DNA from: an uncultured Erysipelotrichaceae bacterium
Lineage (GTDB): Bacteria; Bacillota_I; Bacilli_A; Erysipelotrichales; Erysipelotrichaceae
Direction of reading: 5' to 3'
Length of the DNA stretch: 32,000 nucleotides
Assembly: GCA_942493105.1 (NCBI GenBank)
Contig: OW818668.1
Location: 1,770,001-1,802,000, forward strand
Made by a program: the position numbers and the translations under genes. The notes under the pieces are model-generated. The model was not told where the DNA came from. It did no database searches and worked only from the letters and a program-made list of their open reading frames with translations. This document shows, piece after piece, positions 25,949-32,000 of the stretch. Position 1 is the stretch's first letter. The number at the start of each line of letters is the position of its first letter.

Positions 25949-27305
25949 GTTCTTTGAGTTCCTTGATCCAAACTGCCGCAAAATCTGTTGTATATCTGCC
26001 ACTGATGAACGTTGAGTTAAACATCGTGAAATAGCAGAATTCTATGTTGTTTTCGATGCCATCGATGATGAATTCTTCTAAAGCACCGCGCATTCTTTTG
26101 ATTGCGTTGAGTCTCGAATCGCCAAAGCAAATCAATTTAGCAATCATCGAATCATAAAACGGAACGATCGTATAGCCATTATAAGCAGCACTGTCGACTC
26201 GCACATCTTTACCACCAGGTGCATGATAAAACGTAATTTTTCCTGAAGAAGGTTTAAAATCATTTCTAAAATCTTCCGCATTGATACGACATTCAATCGC
26301 ATGGCCTAAAATCTTGATGTCTTCTTGGGCATAAGGTAAAGTACCACCACCTGCAGCTCGAATCATATTTTTAACCAAATCAATCCCCGTTATCATTTCT
26401 GTGACTGGATGTTCGACTTGAATTCGTGTGTTCATTTCCATGAAGTAATAGTTATTTTGATCATCCAATAAGAATTCTACAGTACCCACACTATCGTATT
26501 GGACAGCTGTGGCTGCTTTTACAGCATCTGCACAGATGGCGTTTCTTAACGCTGTTGCACTCAGATAATGGCAAGGTGCTTCTTCGATGACTTTTTGATG
26601 ACGACGCTGAAATGAACAATCACGTTCAAACAAATGCAACACATGACCGTGTTTATCGGCCATGATTTGAACTTCGATGTGTTTTGCAGCTCTGACTAAT
26701 TTTTCGATATAGATGCTTTCATCATTAAAGTAGTTCCTTGCTTCTTGACGAATCAAAGGATAAACAGATTTGAATTCATCATCACTGTTGACGATTCTGA
26801 TTCCCCTGCCACCACCGCCTGCAGCTGCTTTGATCATCAAAGGATAACCAAATGTGTTGGCTTGTTTAAGTCCATCATCAAGCGATGTGATGGGATCAAC
26901 TGAACCCGGTATGATGGGAACTTTTGCTTCTTTCATTAAACGTCGAGCATTGATTTTATTGCCCATCAGGTCGATACACTTTGAATTTGGACCAATAAAA
27001 ATCATCCCGCATTCTTCAACCAATCGAGCGAATTTAGCATTTTCTGATAAAAAGCCGAAGCCTGGATGAATCGCATCACAGTTTTTTAAAGTTGCGGCAG
27101 AAATGATGTTGTTGATGTTGAGGTAACTGTCTTTACTGTTAGGACGACCCACACAAACAGACTCATCTGCGATATTGACATGTAAGGCATCTCTATCCGC
27201 TTCAGAGTAAATCGCAACCGTTTTGATGCCCAGATCCTTACAGGCTCTAATGATCCTAACAGCGATTTCACCTCGATTGGCAATCAAAATCTTACGCAAC
27301 ATCAT
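25923..27305 (-). CDS. accC: Biotin carboxylase
   Basis: The N-terminus reads MLRKILIANRGEIAVRIIRA and is followed by the ATP-grasp domain (MIKAAAGGGGRGIR, EMNTRIQVEHPVTE). The start is ATG 27305 or 27302, inside the last accB codons. The ORF-track extension to 27362 is rejected. Confidence 0.92.
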   Translation of the reverse strand: MMLRKILIANRGEIAVRIIRACKDLGIKTVAIYSEADRDALHVNIADESVCVGRPNSKDSYLNINNIISAATLKNCDAIHPGFGFLSENAKFARLVEECGMIFIGPNSKCIDLMGNKINARRLMKEAKVPIIPGSVDPITSLDDGLKQANTFGYPLMIKAAAGGGGRGIRIVNSDDEFKSVYPLIRQEARNYFNDESIYIEKLVRAAKHIEVQIMADKHGHVLHLFERDCSFQRRHQKVIEEAPCHYLSATALRNAICADAVKAATAVQYDSVGTVEFLLDDQNNYYFMEMNTRIQVEHPVTEMITGIDLVKNMIRAAGGGTLPYAQEDIKILGHAIECRINAEDFRNDFKPSSGKITFYHAPGGKDVRVDSAAYNGYTIVPFYDSMIAKLICFGDSRLNAIKRMRGALEEFIIDGIENNIEFCYFTMFNSTFISGRYTTDFAAVWIKELKEREHSIQQA

Positions 27306-27741
27306 GATCACCGATATAGATGAGCTTTTGACTGTATTCAACCATCGTTCCATTTTCTGCATTTATTTTTGTGATGACACCGCTGCGATGTGCTTTGATT
27401 TCACTCATCACTTTCATTGCCTCAATGACACACACGACATCCCCTTCCATGATTTTTTGGCCTATGGTCACAAACGGTGCTGAAGTTGGTGATGCTGAAG
27501 CATACATCGTTCCTACCAAGGGTGCTTTGACCCATCCGCTTTCATCTTCGGAGCCAGTTTCATTCAAGCTTAAAACATTCAATGTTTTAGGTGAAGCAGA
27601 AACAGGAAGACCTGACCCAACTGGAAAAGGTTGATCCTTTTTTAAACGAATTTTCGATCCGTTGAGCTCCAATTCGAGTTCTGAGATCTCGCTTTTTTCA
27701 AACAAAGCGATGATCTTTTTAATTTCTTGGATGTCCATCAT
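27292..27741 (-). CDS. accB: Biotin carboxyl carrier protein
   Basis: 149 aa with the biotinyl-lysine motif VIEAMKVMSEI and a Pro/Ala-type linker. Confidence 0.92.
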   Translation of the reverse strand: MMDIQEIKKIIALFEKSEISELELELNGSKIRLKKDQPFPVGSGLPVSASPKTLNVLSLNETGSEDESGWVKAPLVGTMYASASPTSAPFVTIGQKIMEGDVVCVIEAMKVMSEIKAHRSGVITKINAENGTMVEYSQKLIYIGDHDVA

Positions 27742-27759
27742 GGTCTTACAAAAAAGAGA

Positions 27760-27990
27760 CTAAGCTCCCTTTTTAGCACTAACGACGTTGACTACGTCTT
27801 GAACAGTCAATAGCTTGACCAACTCTTCATCCTCGATCCGGATATCAAAAGCACTTTCTAACTCGAGTGCCAATTCTACAGCGGATAAAGAATCGATATC
27901 AAGATCTTCTCTGAGTTTGGCTTCTGGGGTAACCAAAGCAGGGTCGACATGAATGGCATTGACTAAGACATCTTTGATTTCGTTAAACAT
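27760..27990 (-). CDS. acpP: Acyl carrier protein
   Basis: 76 aa with the DLDIDSLSAVEL phosphopantetheine-Ser motif. A strong RBS (AAGGAGA) precedes it. It is the first gene of the operon. Confidence 0.92.
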   Translation of the reverse strand: MFNEIKDVLVNAIHVDPALVTPEAKLREDLDIDSLSAVELALELESAFDIRIEDEELVKLLTVQDVVNVVSAKKGA

Positions 27991-28025
27991 AATGTTCTCC
28001 TTGTGCTTAAAAAAGCATAGGCCAA

Positions 28026-28053
28026 AGTATAGGGTTTATAAGCGACTTGTAAA
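28026..28053 (-). promoter_or_regulatory. Sigma-70-type promoter of the acpP-acc-fab-plsC operon: TTTACA, 16 nt, TATACT
   Basis: On the reverse strand the -35 box is at 28053-28048 and the -10 box at 28031-28026. It lies about 35 nt upstream of the acpP ATG. Confidence 0.5.
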
Positions 28054-28132
28054 GTCATTTTAGTGAAAGTTATGTGAAATAATGAGGTAAAAAAACAATA
28101 AAAGCGCTTACACCTCAAAGATGCCAGAGCTA

Positions 28133-28141
28133 TGTTAAAAT
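28133..28141 (+). promoter_or_regulatory. Extended -10 promoter (TGtTAAAAT) for birA
   Basis: TGTTAAAAT lies 17 nt before ATG 28159, with the RBS TGAGGA in between. Confidence 0.4.
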
Positions 28142-28158
28142 GTAAATGAGGATATCCC

Positions 28159-28941
28159 ATGAGCACTCTGCCCAACACCAAACTAGATCAAGAAAGAATC
28201 AGAGCTAAAACCAAACCCTTCTTTTCATCGATCGTGGTCGTAAATGAAACCAAGTCAACCAATGATGATCTTAAGAAACTTGCCCCTGGTTTAAAAAACG
28301 GCAGTGTTTTATTAAGCGAAAAACAAACTGCTGGTAAAGGTCGAAATGGAAGAACATTCATCAGTAATGATCAAAAAGGCATCTATTGTTCAATCTATTT
28401 GACACCTACTTTTGATCCAAATCTCTATTTAAAGTTATCCATATTAAGTGGGATCATTTTATGTGAAACCATTCGTAAACATACAGGTTTGATTCCTGTG
28501 TTAAAGTGGCCCAATGATATCTTGATCAAAGGCAAGAAAGTAGCCGGGATCTTATGTGAAAGCAGTTTTCAATCCAACAAACATGCTTATTTCATCATTG
28601 GATTTGGACTAAATGTATACATGCAAGATTTTCCAGATGAGCTATCAGAAATCGCAACGACTCTGGAAGAAACCTGTTCAAGACCTCTTGATAGAAATGA
28701 GTTGACCATTGAGTTCTTAAATCGCTTTGCGATTTACTATCCTCGACTCAAACTCTTGAGCTTAGAGAAAATGGCAGCACCTTATGAACTTAAAACAGGC
28801 ACACCTATTACAGTTCATAGTCCAAAAACAACCTATAATGCCATCATTCAAGGTATCGAAGATGATGGACAACTACAAATCAGAGTTGATGATCGAGTGG
28901 AATCTTTGATATCTTATGAGATTTCAATCCGCGAAGATTGA
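28159..28941 (+). CDS. birA: Biotin-[acetyl-CoA-carboxylase] ligase, class I (no N-terminal HTH domain)
   Basis: 260 aa with the glycine-rich biotin/ATP loop QTAGKGRNGRTF and KWPNDILIKGKKVAGIL. The catalytic core starts at about residue 20, so there is no room for a DNA-binding domain. Confidence 0.88.
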   Translation: MSTLPNTKLDQERIRAKTKPFFSSIVVVNETKSTNDDLKKLAPGLKNGSVLLSEKQTAGKGRNGRTFISNDQKGIYCSIYLTPTFDPNLYLKLSILSGIILCETIRKHTGLIPVLKWPNDILIKGKKVAGILCESSFQSNKHAYFIIGFGLNVYMQDFPDELSEIATTLEETCSRPLDRNELTIEFLNRFAIYYPRLKLLSLEKMAAPYELKTGTPITVHSPKTTYNAIIQGIEDDGQLQIRVDDRVESLISYEISIRED

Positions 28942-28998
28942 ATGTTTCATCTCTAGGTACTATTCTATTTATATCTAACACCATAAAGAGGAAAAAAT

Positions 28999-29670
28999 AT
29001 GATCCGTATCGGTATTCCTGTTCGATTTATTGATGGACGTTATGTCGTCAACACCAATTACATAGAGGCTTTAGTCAAAGCAAATGCGGAGCCTGTTATC
29101 ATCATTTCAGAGAATGATCTAGAATCATTGGTTTCAACACTACACGGAATTTTGATTCCAGGAGGTGTTGATGTTGATCCAACACTTTATCATGAAACCA
29201 ATTTAAGTTGCGGATCACTTGATCCTAAAACAGATCAACTTGATCTCGCTTTGATCAGGTTAGCCCAAAAAGCAAACCTTGAAATATTTGGTATATGTCG
29301 TGGTCAACAAATCATCAATGTTGCCTTAGGAGGAAGTTTGATTCAAGACATACCTACTCATATTGAAACAAGTGTGGATCACGATATCAGTCAGACTCAA
29401 GGACCTTCAAAAAGACATTCAGTACATATCACACCCAACTCTTTATTATCTCGTTTATGTCTACTTGATATAGAAGTAAATTCTTATCATCATCAGGCCA
29501 TAAAAAAACTGGCTGAAGGATTATCAGTCAGTGCTTATGCAGAAGACGGTATTATTGAGGCCATAGAAGGACATAAGATCTTTGCGGTACAATGGCATCC
29601 TGAACGTATGATATCAGATCCTGTTTTCCAAGGTTTATTCGACGCTTTTATTATGCGATGTCAATCATAA
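28999..29670 (+). CDS. Class-I glutamine amidotransferase-like / peptidase C26 (gamma-glutamyl-GABA hydrolase PuuD family)
   Basis: 223 aa with the GICRGQQIINVALGG nucleophile-Cys elbow, SYHHQAI and the VQWHPE catalytic His/Glu. Confidence 0.82.
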   Translation: MIRIGIPVRFIDGRYVVNTNYIEALVKANAEPVIIISENDLESLVSTLHGILIPGGVDVDPTLYHETNLSCGSLDPKTDQLDLALIRLAQKANLEIFGICRGQQIINVALGGSLIQDIPTHIETSVDHDISQTQGPSKRHSVHITPNSLLSRLCLLDIEVNSYHHQAIKKLAEGLSVSAYAEDGIIEAIEGHKIFAVQWHPERMISDPVFQGLFDAFIMRCQS

Positions 29671-30276
29671 ACAATGATCCATCATCGCATGATCTACAAT
29701 GGGTTTTATAACAGAAACCCATTTTTCATATCCTTTTGAATTCATATGTAATGCATCCTCAAGGAAAAGTTCTAACCTAGGCATCCCTACATCTAAGAAT
29801 TGATCTTGTATATCTATAAATGTAAATCCAAGCTTTTTAGACAGATTTTTAATAAGACGGTTGGCCTTTATGACATCCGTGATGACATTGAATCGACAAG
29901 GTGCCGGAGTCAGCGAAATATAGAAAATCTTAGCTTTTGGACAATGAATAAATGATAAACGCATGAATTCTTCTACTTTATCACAGACATACTCTGGACT
30001 TGCGCTATCCATTTCTCCATTAAGATCATTGGTTCCAGAAAATAAAATAATCAATTTAGGATCATAAGGCTTTACGATACGATCATACGCATCAATCGCA
30101 TCTTGAATCTTAGATCCCCCAAAGCCTGCATTCACTACGCTATAGGCCTTAAAATCGTTTTTAAGCGTTGTCCAATAGACAATACTGCTTGAACCGATAA
30201 ACACAATATCAACTGAGCTTAGTCCTTTATAAGTTGCTTCAATTTTCTTGATGTCTTCTTCCCAGATCGAGTTCAT
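29665..30276 (-). CDS. SGNH/GDSL-family hydrolase (esterase), with no signal peptide
   Basis: Block I is VFIGSSS, block II GFGGSK, block III SGTND and block V DALHMNSKGY. The start is taken at ATG 30276 behind GAAAGG. The TTG at 30300 is the alternative. Confidence 0.8.
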   Translation of the reverse strand: MNSIWEEDIKKIEATYKGLSSVDIVFIGSSSIVYWTTLKNDFKAYSVVNAGFGGSKIQDAIDAYDRIVKPYDPKLIILFSGTNDLNGEMDSASPEYVCDKVEEFMRLSFIHCPKAKIFYISLTPAPCRFNVITDVIKANRLIKNLSKKLGFTFIDIQDQFLDVGMPRLELFLEDALHMNSKGYEKWVSVIKPIVDHAMMDHCL

Positions 30277-31600
30277 GATGAGCCGCCTTTCTGACTTCAA
30301 AACGTTTATATTTAGAATTATCTGAAGGTATTGAAATCTTAGTCACAATAATTCTAAGATCAGGTTGAATATCGAAGGCTTTGAACTCTTTGATCAAGCG
30401 ATCATGCAGCCCTTCCACAAAAGATTCAGAAGGAACCCCGCTTAAGCAATCAATCATCAATTCCATCGCATTGACCTCACTTTGAATGACCTTGAATTCG
30501 CGTATTTCATTACTATAAGTAATGATCCACCGACTGATCAAATCCGGAAAAACATGCTGCAACTTGTGATCTAAGGTAGTAAACATCATCACATCATCTT
30601 GCCTTCCTATAATATGATCGATGATACGATAATGAGAACCGCATGGACACGAATCCTTTAAAACGATCCAATCATTCATGCGATATCTAAACAGAGGCTG
30701 AACCGTATTGATCAGATTCGTGACCACAATTTGTCCTGGTATGCCACTTTGATCAACCACTTTCCCCTTCTCATCCATCAATTCCACAAACACCAAGTCT
30801 TCATTGATATGCAGATTCCCTGCTTTACATGCTGAAGCAATCTGTCCTTCTGAAGCTTGATAGATTTCTATGACTTGACAGTTAAAGACATTTTTGAACT
30901 TTTCTTTCTCTTCTTTGGTCAAAACCTCTGCATAACATACGATACAACTAAAAGGATGGTTTATTTCTTCACGATGAGGAATCAAGAGCCGTACAAAGCT
31001 AGGAGGAGCCATTAATATATTGATTTTTTGACGATTGATTTCACGGATAACCTGATCAATGGGAGTCATCGTACTAACATAATTCAATTTGATCAAAGGA
31101 CTGTTGATGTCGGCAAATCCTTGAGAAAAGACCCTGAGACAAAACATGATCTTAAAAGGCAAATACTTGAGTGATAAACCACTGCGTGCTAAAAATACAA
31201 AAGGTAATTTTTTAGTCAGTGCTTTATCCGTTAAATAGAGCCCTTTGTTTCCACTGGTTCCACTGGATAAACCCACCACATAACGATCCTTATAATAGCC
31301 CGTATAATCTTTGCGTGCTTCTTTATCACAGGCATAAGCTTCAACATCCATTCTTTTTAAACCAGCCGAATTGAGCTCATCAAAATGATTCATCAAGATC
31401 GTCTTATCGATGATCGGTAAAGCAAAGAAATCACCCCATGTGAGAAAATTTTTCCCTTCATTATAAGAAGCATAATAAGAAGATTTAGCCTGTGCTAAAG
31501 TGAAATTTTTTTGGATGGCCTTGAATTGATAGGCTTGGATCTGTCTTTTGGTATAAAACCTAAATCCAAACTTAAGCCTAATAAAATCAAATAGTCCCAT
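30239..31600 (-). CDS. Adenylate-forming enzyme of the coenzyme-F390-synthetase / PaaK / CapK clade (COG1541-like)
   Basis: 453 aa with the P-loop-like GLSSGTSGNKGLY, and YQASEG and GRQDD in the positions expected for acyl-adenylate enzymes. The RBS AAGGA precedes it, and it starts 1 nt after the upstream stop. Confidence 0.7.
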   Translation of the reverse strand: MGLFDFIRLKFGFRFYTKRQIQAYQFKAIQKNFTLAQAKSSYYASYNEGKNFLTWGDFFALPIIDKTILMNHFDELNSAGLKRMDVEAYACDKEARKDYTGYYKDRYVVGLSSGTSGNKGLYLTDKALTKKLPFVFLARSGLSLKYLPFKIMFCLRVFSQGFADINSPLIKLNYVSTMTPIDQVIREINRQKINILMAPPSFVRLLIPHREEINHPFSCIVCYAEVLTKEEKEKFKNVFNCQVIEIYQASEGQIASACKAGNLHINEDLVFVELMDEKGKVVDQSGIPGQIVVTNLINTVQPLFRYRMNDWIVLKDSCPCGSHYRIIDHIIGRQDDVMMFTTLDHKLQHVFPDLISRWIITYSNEIREFKVIQSEVNAMELMIDCLSGVPSESFVEGLHDRLIKEFKAFDIQPDLRIIVTKISIPSDNSKYKRFEVRKAAHHELDLGRRHQEN

Positions 31601-31601
31601 C

Positions 31602-32000
31602 TTATCCTTTAAGTTTCTTCAGTTTTTCACTGGTAGCTGTTTTATTGAGTGATAGACTCATGAAATACTCGATTCCATACTTATAATGTTTCTTTTCCCA
31701 AAGGATCAACACAAAACCCCAAATCAAACTAAGTGTCAACCCAAATCCTAATGCCCCTAAAATATTTAGTTGAAGATCTAAGCCAAAATTCCTCAAGCTT
31801 GCCATAATCGATGCACTGACCACACTTTCAATAAAGAAAACACTTAATCCGCCTTTGGAATAACGGTTAAAGAAACGTGAAATAGGTTTAAACGGTTTCT
31901 TTAATGTATCAAACCAATAGATCATCCCACCAATCATCAACGAAAACAAACCCAGTTGTGCCATCATGATCGCAAACCATACTGGATCGATCGCTCTTTG
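31602..32000 (-). CDS. Polytopic membrane protein, C-terminal part only. It is possibly from the acyltransferase-3 / DUF418 superfamily.
   Basis: The frame stays open to the window edge (QRAIDPVWFAIMMAQLG...). It has several TM helices. GGLSVFFIESVV resembles the DUF418 motif (..L(T/S)xY(L/F)xQS(I/V)(I/V)). The family call is weak. Confidence 0.5.
   Translation of the reverse strand, partial: QRAIDPVWFAIMMAQLGLFSLMIGGMIYWFDTLKKPFKPISRFFNRYSKGGLSVFFIESVVSASIMASLRNFGLDLQLNILGALGFGLTLSLIWGFVLILWEKKHYKYGIEYFMSLSLNKTATSEKLKKLKG

Noticed and set aside
27963-28181. 72-aa minus-strand ORF spanning the acpP/birA divergent promoter region
   Set aside because: It overlaps the acpP 5' end, the birA start and both predicted promoters. 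Its composition is not protein-like.
1-32000. Search for CRISPR arrays, tRNA/rRNA genes, riboswitches, and toxin-antitoxin or defence-system genes
   Set aside because: I saw no spaced direct repeats, no cloverleaf-like or rRNA-like segments and no long structured leaders. All sizeable ORFs are accounted for by metabolic, IS or membrane proteins.
29665-32000. Calling the right-edge trio a Dlt (D-alanylation) operon
   Set aside because: There is only a loose parts-list analogy. The adenylating enzyme is of the F390/PaaK/CapK type and not DltA-like. No DltC-like carrier is present, the membrane protein is not an MBOAT, and the SGNH protein lacks an export signal. It is kept as an unassigned module.

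Overview
This is an AT-rich, gene-dense chromosomal window that looks like a low-GC anaerobic Bacillota or Acholeplasma-like organism. That taxonomic guess is inference only. TGA is used as a stop at conserved C-termini, so the standard code 11 applies. About 80% of genes are on the minus strand, many joined by ATGA/TAATG overlaps.

Genes in window order:
- 1-165: a partial bcp peroxiredoxin.
- 207-1894: a frameshifted GH13 alpha-glucosidase.
- 1931-2554: yggS.
- 2575-6040: a minus-strand operon of DUF1287 protein, MFS transporter, aminotransferase and a small membrane protein.
- 6125-6286: a 53-aa rubredoxin gene that is absent from the ORF track.
- about 6324-7823: an IS3-family insertion sequence with a classical A AAA AAG -1 frameshift site.
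- 7858-10931: a beta-propeller lipoprotein and a flavodiiron protein.
- 11090-11413: a DUF4870 membrane protein.
- 11508-16269: GH31 glycosidase, speD, speE and a HAD hydrolase, apparently one transcription unit.
- 16270-16789: a 520-bp non-coding gap containing a perfect 21-bp palindrome.
- 16790-17260: a compact Sfp-type phosphopantetheinyl transferase.
- 17287-27990: a 13-gene lipid-synthesis operon (acpP-accB-accC-accD-accA-fabH-fabK-[second FabK-like]-fabD-fabG-fabF-fabZ-plsC).
- 28159-29670: divergent birA, then a class-I glutamine amidotransferase/C26 hydrolase.
- 29665-32000: an edge-truncated trio of membrane protein, F390-synthetase/CapK-like adenylate-forming enzyme and SGNH hydrolase.

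I saw no rRNA, tRNA or CRISPR array.

The two most interesting leads are:
- The extra FabK paralogue with a C-terminal 4-Cys cluster, a candidate FabX-like unsaturated-fatty-acid enzyme.
- The adenylating-enzyme/SGNH/membrane-protein module at the right edge.

Everything here rests on motif reading by eye. No database search was run.
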